Below, piece by piece: positions 56,382 through 64,000 of a stretch of 64,000 nucleotides of DNA. The stretch comes from an uncultured Gammaproteobacteria bacterium (GTDB lineage: Bacteria; Patescibacteriota; Patescibacteriia; UBA9934; GWF2-40-263). Position numbers and translations under genes: made by a program. The notes under the pieces are model-generated. The model ran no database searches, was not told where the DNA came from, and saw only the letters and a list, made by a program, of their open reading frames with translations. How positions within the stretch are numbered: position 1 is the first letter of the stretch; each line of letters begins with the position of its first letter. Where the stretch lies: the NCBI GenBank assembly GCA_964616135.1, contig CAZTTQ010000001.1:43875-107874 (forward strand), given 5' to 3'.

Positions 56382-58549
56382 TATTCCCCTTTCGTTAAGC
56401 CGTTGTCGGAAACGAACTAGACCAGCGGGGTATAGGAAAAACTATAGGTTTGTATCTATCCAATCAAAGATCTGGTTGAATCGAGTAATTGTGTCGATAT
56501 GAATTTTTTTCTTAGTAATTGATCCATCCGACACTTTCTCAAAAAAAGATTTAGCAAATACAATCTTCCGTTTTTCACCGATGGACTCAGCTGGATCTGT
56601 TTTTTGAACAATTTTATCGTCAATTAACTTTAAGTCATCCAAATGAAGTAGGTTTTCTACGGATGAAATTCCAATAGTGATATACATCTTGGAGGCAGCA
56701 GCTCCCTCGTCTTTTTCGAAGAGATGTTCTTTGATTTCTTCGTAAGTTTTTTGAGAATCTTTTCCTCGCGAAGAATCGTCATCGAAAATTGCGACCCAAG
56801 AAATACCGTAACCAATACAAAATGAAACTAGAGTGTATTGTTTTCTGACACCTATTCCCGGTATGAAGGCGTAGTCTGCAATATCACGTTTGAGGAGGGT
56901 TCTCATTGCACTGTAGTAATAAAAATCTGAAACTCCTTCCAGAATCACACTCTTTTTATTTGTCAGCCCAAAATCGCTTACCGAGAAGCCAATAGCATTT
57001 GCCACTGGCTGGAGTGCATCTTGTTTATTCTGAGAATCAATTTTGGAGGAAGTGATATTCTCTATCAATGTTCCTTTGGTTTTATCATTTACGATGAGGT
57101 GTATTCTTTCAAGATGATCTGTCCTGATCAAATTTGGCGAATGAGTTGAGTAGAGAAATTGATGCCCCGTTTTTGTTAGAGATTCAAATACATTGAGGAT
57201 GTCGGTCTGAGCTTTTATATGAAGATAGAGTCCGGGTTCATCCGCTAAAACAATCAATTCTCTCTCATGACCACTCGCCTGTAATTCCATCCAAAAAGAA
57301 AGAAACCATACCAATCCCTTACTCCGCATTCGGGGACGAATTTTTTGTTTATCCTTTGTCTCAATATAAAAACTTACAAAAGTGTCATCTTCGGAAGATC
57401 GTTTTTCGAATTTATAGGCAATTTTTACTCTATTATCACCGTGAATTTGTTGCTTCCATGCTTTTGTAAAATCAATCGATATAGCTTCATTATGTTTTTC
57501 CTCAATAGAGTCTCTCTTCAAGTCATCTAGACTGTACAGAGTTTTAAAATCTGCACCTGATATTTTTTCAAAGTTTTTTACGGCCTTATACCCTTTTGAA
57601 TCTTTTTTGTCGCTTTTTAGATCCTTAAGCGAGAAGGTGTCTGGCAATAGATCGCAGAAATCATTAAACAAGATGATTTTAGGAGTATGGTTCCAGAATA
57701 ACTCAGCGACTTCTGAATTCTGATCGTCAGTAAGTTCAATAATCTTTTTCCTCTCCTTCTTTACTGGAGCAACTTCTGCCTCCACATTAACGTCTTCTTC
57801 AAGAATAGAGCTACGAAAGATCTGAAAAACTGCTTCAGGGATAGATGTCTGCACCTTTTTAGAGGGATTTAGCGTTCGAGTAATTTTAAAATCTTTTACC
57901 GTGCGTTTCAGTTTTGGGATGTCAATTAATGATCCGACTTTAGCTCGCTCAATCTCATTCTGTTCACCAAATGTTTTTTCAATTTCATCCCAAAAATCAG
58001 AATCCGATTCTTCAATTTCGTATGTGCATGACACCTCTTGAATTGGTGACTCAAAATCAAATGGTATGGAATCTGATTCAAATTCTGCGTTTTCAAAAGC
58101 AGCCAGACCCTCTAAAATAGAGCTTTTACCAGACTCATTTTGACCAGCGAAAATTGCAATTCTCCCATTACCTAAAGAAATCTCTCCAGTATCCTGAATG
58201 GACTTATAATTCTTAATTCGGAATGATTTCAATTTCATAGGGTATGTCAGAAACTGGTTCAGAGTTATCTATTAAACTTATCGACTTTGGGTAGGAGCTC
58301 GCTCGCAAGAATATTGATCAACACATCGCGACACACCCCAATCGCTGCGCTGCCCAGCTTCCCAAAATTATTCTTTTGAATCTTCGTAGTTTGCATCATA
58401 AACGAAAGGATGATCGTCAACGGAGTCAGAAACATTAATACTCCCGTCGGATTTGAACCGACCAGGCCACAAGCAAGCCCCTGCCAGAATCGACAATGTT
58501 GTAAAGGTTCTCTTCTTCTAACGTATCACCCCTATTCCCCCTTCGCTAA
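56382..58549. mobile_element. Low-GC islet bounded by a 17-bp imperfect direct repeat
   Basis: Sharp AT enrichment; TATTCCCCTTTCGTTAA (56382) vs TATTCCCCCTTCGCTAA (58533). Confidence 0.55.
56442..58238 (-). CDS. OLD-family ATP-dependent endonuclease (ABC ATPase plus TOPRIM)
   Basis: IKNYKSI, GQNESGKS, RSKG, ADEPGLYLH, STHSP, ILEGVSD, FDDD. Confidence 0.88.
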   Translation of the reverse strand: MKLKSFRIKNYKSIQDTGEISLGNGRIAIFAGQNESGKSSILEGLAAFENAEFESDSIPFDFESPIQEVSCTYEIEESDSDFWDEIEKTFGEQNEIERAKVGSLIDIPKLKRTVKDFKITRTLNPSKKVQTSIPEAVFQIFRSSILEEDVNVEAEVAPVKKERKKIIELTDDQNSEVAELFWNHTPKIILFNDFCDLLPDTFSLKDLKSDKKDSKGYKAVKNFEKISGADFKTLYSLDDLKRDSIEEKHNEAISIDFTKAWKQQIHGDNRVKIAYKFEKRSSEDDTFVSFYIETKDKQKIRPRMRSKGLVWFLSFWMELQASGHERELIVLADEPGLYLHIKAQTDILNVFESLTKTGHQFLYSTHSPNLIRTDHLERIHLIVNDKTKGTLIENITSSKIDSQNKQDALQPVANAIGFSVSDFGLTNKKSVILEGVSDFYYYSAMRTLLKRDIADYAFIPGIGVRKQYTLVSFCIGYGISWVAIFDDDSSRGKDSQKTYEEIKEHLFEKDEGAAASKMYITIGISSVENLLHLDDLKLIDDKIVQKTDPAESIGEKRKIVFAKSFFEKVSDGSITKKKIHIDTITRFNQIFDWIDTNL

Positions 58550-59386
58550 TTCAACCGCTTTCTTTCCCACCATCATTGCCAGGCCGCCGCCGGGGACGAA
58601 GTTGGCCAATTCTTTTCCAAATTCAAAGATCTCGTCGTTGCTGAAGGAACGGCGGAGTTTGTCCGTGATCTTGTTCGCCTTGGGACGCAGTTCGCCCGTG
58701 ACGCCGTCATAGGAGACGGTGACGCGCTTGTCCTTGGCCTTCCAGTGGAATTCAAACGTGTAGATCGGCACGAAGTAAAGCGCCAGTTCATTAATGGCGA
58801 TTTGTTCGTCCAAAATCTGGTCGGCCTGGATGGGCTTGATGAGCGCGTTTACGACTTTGCGAACGAGGAAGGCGGGCTTCGCCTCGAGTGCCACGATCGG
58901 CGTGCCGTCTTTGGTCAGCGCGTCGGTGGTTTCGATGGGTTGGCTCAAGTACGTCAGGTATTTGGCAAAGCCCGGGTCCGCTTGGCCCGTTTGCGCGTCC
59001 ACGATTTCTTCTTGCCGGTATTCTTCCACGCAGCGTTCGACCCCTTCCACTTCAAACGTCTTTCCCTGCGGAGGCACGGTAAACGACGTACCGAGCAATT
59101 CGATTTCCTTCACCATCGGCTCCACGGGAACGTGGTAGGCCTTGCGGCGCTTGTATTCAAAGCGGGAGGAACCGAGCACGCGCCAAAAGGCGTCGTAGCG
59201 CTTTTCCTCATACACGACGTCGATGTCTTCCGGCAGCGGGCGGCTGAACAGCCCGGCGAGGAGACCGAAGGCTTTGACTTTGTGCGCCTGGGCGAGCTCC
59301 TTGGCTTTTTCCATGCCAAGGACGTCTTCCAGGACCAGAAGCTTTTCGCCGTCGATCTTGATGTTGCTGATTCCTTCGCCGGGCAT
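58532..59386 (-). CDS. Conserved hypothetical protein
   Basis: 284 aa; host-like codons; YFVPIY..DGVTGE. Confidence 0.75.
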   Translation of the reverse strand: MPGEGISNIKIDGEKLLVLEDVLGMEKAKELAQAHKVKAFGLLAGLFSRPLPEDIDVVYEEKRYDAFWRVLGSSRFEYKRRKAYHVPVEPMVKEIELLGTSFTVPPQGKTFEVEGVERCVEEYRQEEIVDAQTGQADPGFAKYLTYLSQPIETTDALTKDGTPIVALEAKPAFLVRKVVNALIKPIQADQILDEQIAINELALYFVPIYTFEFHWKAKDKRVTVSYDGVTGELRPKANKITDKLRRSFSNDEIFEFGKELANFVPGGGLAMMVGKKAVELAKGE

Positions 59387-59396
59387 AGGGACGGGA

Positions 59397-59789
59397 TTAT
59401 TTGCGGACGAAGAGCTGCTTGTACTTGTCCCAGTACGCGTAACCGAAGTAGACGTTCAATACTGTGACAATGATGCCGACAGGCAAACTCTCCGGGGACG
59501 TGCGTGCGTGGAACACTAGGACGCCGATACAGATCGGTGCCAAGAAAATGGCGGCGAGGGCCGGGAGGAATCCCGTGACCAGCATCAGGCCGGCGACGAT
59601 TTCCGTGATCTTAATCATGTGAAAAATCCCCGTGGCGATGAGTGCCTGCGTCATCGGGACCATCTGGGGCGGAATGCCTTCAAGCGTCGGGGACTGCATG
59701 GCCAGGAGGCCGCCCACGCCGGACATGATGAAGAAGAGACCGGTCAGGACGCGCAGCGTGGTGAGCAAATACTTGTTGCGGAAGTTCAT
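59397..59789 (-). CDS. DoxX family membrane protein
   Basis: LRVLTGLFF..EIVAGLML..APICIGVLVFH. Confidence 0.8.
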   Translation of the reverse strand: MNFRNKYLLTTLRVLTGLFFIMSGVGGLLAMQSPTLEGIPPQMVPMTQALIATGIFHMIKITEIVAGLMLVTGFLPALAAIFLAPICIGVLVFHARTSPESLPVGIIVTVLNVYFGYAYWDKYKQLFVRK

Positions 59790-59799
59790 ACGAACGTGG

Positions 59800-60291
59800 T
59801 TATGGTTTTTCTTGCATGATAATGTCATCGATCTGAAAATCGCTGGCGGTCACGCGTACGACAAAGTCAGGATGAACGGATGTTTCCGCGCGCCATTCCC
59901 CACGGACGGGCTGAAACATTTTCCTGGGTAACACGTGGACGTACCCCACTTTTTCTCTCAATCCTGCCAGGACCGCTTTGGACATTTTCACGTACGGCTT
60001 TCCGTCCGCGACTCCAAACGCGCTGTAGTAGCCGTAGTCGGGAAACTGGTCCTGGTTTACGAGCGCGCGGAAGATGGCGATGTCCGCGTGTTCGGTTGCT
60101 GCGACGGCAGGAGCCCCGTCCGGTTCCATACGCCTGCTGGCGGGAGAAAAATTTTTCCCTTGGCGCGGCTCAAGCGTTTCAATGCTCCGCGCCGAGCCAT
60201 GGAACACATAGCGCCCGCTCCGCTCAAGCTCCAACAGACGCTCGCGCGGCGAGCGTTCGCGTTCCGGCGGTTTCGGCATTCCCTGTTCCAT
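59800..60291 (-). CDS. Hypothetical protein (ART-like HG-S motif)
   Basis: YVFHGS..LEPRQ..AAT..GYVHVL..EWR. Confidence 0.65.
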   Translation of the reverse strand: MEQGMPKPPERERSPRERLLELERSGRYVFHGSARSIETLEPRQGKNFSPASRRMEPDGAPAVAATEHADIAIFRALVNQDQFPDYGYYSAFGVADGKPYVKMSKAVLAGLREKVGYVHVLPRKMFQPVRGEWRAETSVHPDFVVRVTASDFQIDDIIMQEKP

Positions 60292-60299
60292 ACGGACGG

Positions 60300-60926
60300 T
60301 TAATTGCAGTCAGGACACGGCACGGACACGTTCAACTTGGCGGAAACGACGCCTTCGCCGTCGCATTCCTCGCAGTCGAGCGGCTTGCCGTGTTCGTCGC
60401 GGCGTTCCTCCGGGTCTTCCCCGCTGCCTTCGCAATGGGCGCACTTCATGGTCGGTTCGTATTCCTGCTCCACCTCCTTGGTCCCGTTGCAGCGGGCGCA
60501 GACGCCCGTCGTTTCGCCCGTTCCGTTGCACTGCGGGCATTTCTTCCCGCTGTCTTTGCCCTGCTTCAAGGCCTGTTGTATCCCAAGGAGCGTGAGAACG
60601 CCACCCAGGGCGCCGGCCACGGCGGAGAGGACATTCGAAAGCGGGCCGGACGTCAGGTCCGCCGCCGTTTCCGCGGCTTGTTGCACTTGTTCAAGCGAAG
60701 GTTTCGGCACGGTCGTGGTCGGTGCCGGTTTGGGCGTTGGTGCAGGTGCGGGAACCGTGACGGGCGCGGCGGTTGTCGTCGTGATGGCGGTAGGGTCAAT
60801 CGTCGTGGGTGCCACCATCGGATCAAGGCCAGGAATATTGATCGTGCCCGCGGTCGCGCGGGTCTGGGCGAAGGAAGGAAGCGGAGCGGCTAACGCGGCA
60901 ATGGCGAACAGGAGGCGAATGCGCAT
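60300..60926 (-). CDS. Exported/membrane protein with a DnaJ-type zinc finger
   Basis: Signal peptide, P/T linker, TM, CxxCxGxG repeats. Confidence 0.75.
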   Translation of the reverse strand: MRIRLLFAIAALAAPLPSFAQTRATAGTINIPGLDPMVAPTTIDPTAITTTTAAPVTVPAPAPTPKPAPTTTVPKPSLEQVQQAAETAADLTSGPLSNVLSAVAGALGGVLTLLGIQQALKQGKDSGKKCPQCNGTGETTGVCARCNGTKEVEQEYEPTMKCAHCEGSGEDPEERRDEHGKPLDCEECDGEGVVSAKLNVSVPCPDCN

Positions 60927-60985
60927 AATTTGCCCCAGAGTACCACCGCGTGGGAAATAGAAAAACACCCGGGAGGGCGTTTTCC

Positions 60986-62032
60986 TTACGGCTTATAGGT
61001 GAACGGCAGGCGGCCGAGCACTTGTCCGCGTTCGGTCTCGACCGTCACGCGCCACTTGCCCGCCGTGACGCGGCTCTTATACGAGTAGCCGCGGTAGCCC
61101 TGTTCACGCCCGCCACTGACGGCGTACGAGAACCGGTCCGTGGTGACCCACGCCTTCTTGGTCGTGTCAAAGCGTTCCCAACGGTGGTAGATGACCGTGT
61201 TCAGGTCCGCGGGCGCATGTACGGCCACGTAGGCGAAGATGCGGCCGTCCTCGTCTCCCTTGATGGTCTGCCACGGCAACAAGCGTCCCAGGAACGAATC
61301 GTCGCTTCCCTTCAGCTCGTATTCGCCGCCGACGCGGCGGACGTTGTTGTAGATGCCGGCCTCGCGGATGGAGAGCGGAATCGGCGGGATGAAGTTGCCG
61401 AAGTAGAGCGCGTTCATGGCCACGAACACCGCGAGCACGCTGCTGAAGAACAGCTTGCGGCGCGCGCGCAGTTTCTCCATGTGGGTCAGCGCGATCACCA
61501 GGACCAGGGACACGGCCGTGCTGGCGACCCCGCCGACGAAGTACACGAGCGGGTCAAGCGAGTTGAGGAGGAACGGGAACAGCAGGGACCCGTACGAGAA
61601 CAGGACGAAGGCGAAGATGGTGACCTGGGCGAACGGACGCTGCAGGTGCGCGCGGAACGCTTCATTGGACACCATGAGCCCCGCCACGACGGCCAAGACC
61701 GGCCAGCTGACGGAGGCCGAGCCGCTGAACCAGTAAAACAGCAGGGACTGGCTGAGGAGCGCGCCGAAGGCGAACTGGACGAAGAACTCCGCGGCGGCAT
61801 GCAGGCGCCCACGCTCCTCACGCGCATGGAGGAACGGGATGCAGAACGCGGTGATGAGCGCGTAGGCGCCCAGGATCTGGAACGTGGTTTCCACCTGGAG
61901 CGTCTTGTAGGTGAATACGTCCAGCAAAAAGCCGCCCAACAAAAAAGCGGGCATGAGCAGCGGCTCGTACCGCTTTTTCCACGCCTCGAATTTCCGTTCT
62001 TCCTTCCACTGGCGGATCTTGTCGAAGATCAT
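60986..62032 (-). CDS. DUF2914-like membrane protein
   Basis: Multi-TM; IPPIPLS; GGREQGYRGYSYK..GKWRVTVET. Confidence 0.78.
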   Translation of the reverse strand: MIFDKIRQWKEERKFEAWKKRYEPLLMPAFLLGGFLLDVFTYKTLQVETTFQILGAYALITAFCIPFLHAREERGRLHAAAEFFVQFAFGALLSQSLLFYWFSGSASVSWPVLAVVAGLMVSNEAFRAHLQRPFAQVTIFAFVLFSYGSLLFPFLLNSLDPLVYFVGGVASTAVSLVLVIALTHMEKLRARRKLFFSSVLAVFVAMNALYFGNFIPPIPLSIREAGIYNNVRRVGGEYELKGSDDSFLGRLLPWQTIKGDEDGRIFAYVAVHAPADLNTVIYHRWERFDTTKKAWVTTDRFSYAVSGGREQGYRGYSYKSRVTAGKWRVTVETERGQVLGRLPFTYKP

Positions 62033-62041
62033 GGCGCCAGT

Positions 62042-62602
62042 TTACTTGTTCCGGATCGCCTTTTCAATCGCGGCACGGATTTCGCCGCGGTTCCCTTCTT
62101 CCCGGATGGAGTGGAAGAAGTGCGGGACGGTCGGGTACGCGGTGGCGAGCGTCCGCGACAAAACGGACGTCTCCTGGTGGGTCAGCTTGTCGGACTTGTT
62201 CACGACCAGGACGACGTTCTTGCCGATCTCCAAGATCCAGTTCAGCATTTCCGTGTCCAGGTCCGTCAGCCCGCGGCGGGCGTCGATGACGAGCAGGATA
62301 AGCGCGAGGTGCGCCGTCTGCTCAATGTAGTCCGTGATGAGCGTGGCGAATTTTTCCCGATTGGCCGCGTGCTTGGCATAGCCGTAGCCCGGCAGGTCCA
62401 GCAGGTAGTATGTGTTCGCCAGCTGGTAGACGTTGATGGTCTGGGTGCGACCCGGGGACGCGCTGACGCGGGCCAGGTCCTTTTGCCCGGCAAACGCGTT
62501 GACAAAGGACGACTTGCCCACGTTCGAACGGCCAACCATCGCCACGTGCGGACGCGTGGTCTCTGGCAGGTCCGCGAGGTTGGCGACGGCTTTCAGGAAC
62601 AT
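62042..62602 (-). CDS. engB: Ribosome biogenesis GTPase YihA/YsxC
   Basis: GRSNVGKSS, PGRT, DLPGYGYA, NKSDK. Confidence 0.93.
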   Translation of the reverse strand: MFLKAVANLADLPETTRPHVAMVGRSNVGKSSFVNAFAGQKDLARVSASPGRTQTINVYQLANTYYLLDLPGYGYAKHAANREKFATLITDYIEQTAHLALILLVIDARRGLTDLDTEMLNWILEIGKNVVLVVNKSDKLTHQETSVLSRTLATAYPTVPHFFHSIREEGNRGEIRAAIEKAIRNK

Positions 62603-62607
62603 AGGGA

Positions 62608-63762
62608 CTAGTTGATGGCCTGGCCGTCCTGGTAGACGGTCATGCCCTTCTTTTTTAATTCGGCGAAGAAGAGGTCGGTCGGCACGCAGCCGTCCGGGGC
62701 GAAGCTGCCGCGGGCGGAAATGCGCCCGTCCAGCAGCATTTGCGCGATAATCGACGCGGGAAAGCCAGTATCGATGTTACACCCCGCTTCTGTCCAGCCC
62801 GGCAGCGTGGAGACGATGCACTCCATGCGCATGAGCTTGATGCCGCCGTCCTTGCCGGTGCCGCTGATTTCGACCCAGAGGTTTTCCTTTTCCATGTAGC
62901 CGTCGGGCTTCCCCAGGCGGGTCAAAATGCGGGAAACGGCGTCCACGGGACGGATGTCGGTGCGTTCGAACTTGAGCAGCTTTTTTCCGCCGAATCCCAA
63001 GCCGATGAGCGTGTTCAGGACCGCCAGCGAGTGGTCCGGGAACCCGGCGTAGAAGCGGATGTTCTTGGGCTTCAGGTCGGCGTAGTCCTGGGTGAACGTG
63101 TACGTCTCCGGATGGCGGACCAGGTAGCACTTTTGCGCGCCGATCTCGCGCACTTCTCGGACGACCTCCGTGTCCTTGGGGTTCTTTTCCAACCAGACGC
63201 CGTTTTCCAACACGGGCGCCGGGTCCGTCAGTTCTTCGATGATGCTCTCCATGGAGAACGGCACGGCGAATTTCTTCACGTTGGAATCCCAGTTGAAGCC
63301 GATCTCAATGGTGTCGATGGCCGAAAAGGACCGCGACGCGTGCTTCATCATGACGTTGTTGATGCCCGGCGTGGAGCCGCAGCCCGTCACGGCCGTCTTG
63401 TCCGCCTTTTTGAAGGCGGCGTCCATGGCCAATTGTGTTTTCGTCATCGGAATGTCGCTGCCCAGGTCCATCACGTGGCAACCCTGCTCCAACGCGACGC
63501 GGTACACGTCGTGGTTCCAGTCCCCTTCCGCGCAGTTCACGATCACCGCGGGCGCCGCCTGGCGGACGAACGTGCGGCACGCCTCCAAGTCGCGCAAATC
63601 CAAGTAGGAGAACGCCGTCCCCGGATATTCGGACAGGATTTCCTCCGAGCCTTCCCGGTACAGGTCCGCGCAATGGACCTTGAACCCGGCCTCCAGGAGG
63701 TCTTTGGTGACGATGCGTCCCTGCATGCCGCTCGAACCGATGACGAGGAAGTCGTAGGTCAT
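62608..63762 (-). CDS. Saccharopine dehydrogenase family oxidoreductase
   Basis: Rossmann GSSGMQG; GCGSTPGINN; HPE; TGFPAS. Confidence 0.85.
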   Translation of the reverse strand: MTYDFLVIGSSGMQGRIVTKDLLEAGFKVHCADLYREGSEEILSEYPGTAFSYLDLRDLEACRTFVRQAAPAVIVNCAEGDWNHDVYRVALEQGCHVMDLGSDIPMTKTQLAMDAAFKKADKTAVTGCGSTPGINNVMMKHASRSFSAIDTIEIGFNWDSNVKKFAVPFSMESIIEELTDPAPVLENGVWLEKNPKDTEVVREVREIGAQKCYLVRHPETYTFTQDYADLKPKNIRFYAGFPDHSLAVLNTLIGLGFGGKKLLKFERTDIRPVDAVSRILTRLGKPDGYMEKENLWVEISGTGKDGGIKLMRMECIVSTLPGWTEAGCNIDTGFPASIIAQMLLDGRISARGSFAPDGCVPTDLFFAELKKKGMTVYQDGQAIN

Positions 63763-63771
63763 AAGGAAAGG

Positions 63772-64000
63772 TTACATCTTGCGGCTGTCGTACGCCCAGT
63801 GGAGCAAGGCCTGGCGTTGAACCGGCCGGCACGTTTTGTCTCCCGGCGCGCAGTGCTTTTTGATTTGGCCGACGTGGCGGGCGATGGCTTTCCAACGCTT
63901 GATCTGGCGCGCGTCTTCTTCCGGCAGGCGGCGGCCCAGGTAGTAACGGCAGTACCACTGGAACCACCCGCGCGGGTCGTGTTCCTCATTAATCCAACCC
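63772..64000 (-). CDS. Conserved hypothetical protein (3' part; truncated by the window edge)
   Basis: [34 protein letters not shown]. Confidence 0.8.
   Translation of the reverse strand, partial: GWINEEHDPRGWFQWYCRYYLGRRLPEEDARQIKRWKAIARHVGQIKKHCAPGDKTCRPVQRQALLHWAYDSRKM

Noticed and set aside
58439-58520. Complete tRNA gene
   Set aside because: Only the T arm and a possible 3' acceptor strand are present.

Overview
GC-rich bacterial chromosome segment. Its gene content (stand-alone UvrD-PD(D/E)XK fusion, DciA, mreBCD-pbp2, two GreA paralogs, prepilin peptidase, CxxC-x17-CxxC and DUF2914-like proteins, almost no biosynthetic metabolism) suggests a Patescibacteria/CPR organism; this taxonomy is inferred, not proven. 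Core genes run mostly on + up to 35.1 kb and mostly on - after 35.9 kb. A hairpin-rich gap with a dif-like 11-6-11 palindrome sits at the switch, consistent with a replication terminus. The main unexplained structure is two gene-expression styles. Many core genes have a -10-like hexamer 7-10 nt before the start codon and no Shine-Dalgarno (SD). About 15 interspersed accessory genes are self-contained units, typically with a TTGACA-N17-TAnnnT promoter, a hairpin leader, a GGAG(G) SD and an intrinsic terminator. In three clusters (5.7-10.6, 18.5-19.8, 47.3-48.5 kb) neighbouring genes share near-identical terminator, promoter or leader repeats. The largest cluster is a four-gene array of Cys-rich lipoproteins with a ~68-nt structured leader present three times. 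Other highlights: an RpoH-box sigma factor of myxobacterial appearance, a 21-aa microprotein (APPEEGKK x2), and a low-GC OLD-family nuclease island inserted into a gene 3' end. No rRNA, complete tRNA, CRISPR array, integrase or transposase was found. All product calls come from motif recognition without database searches.
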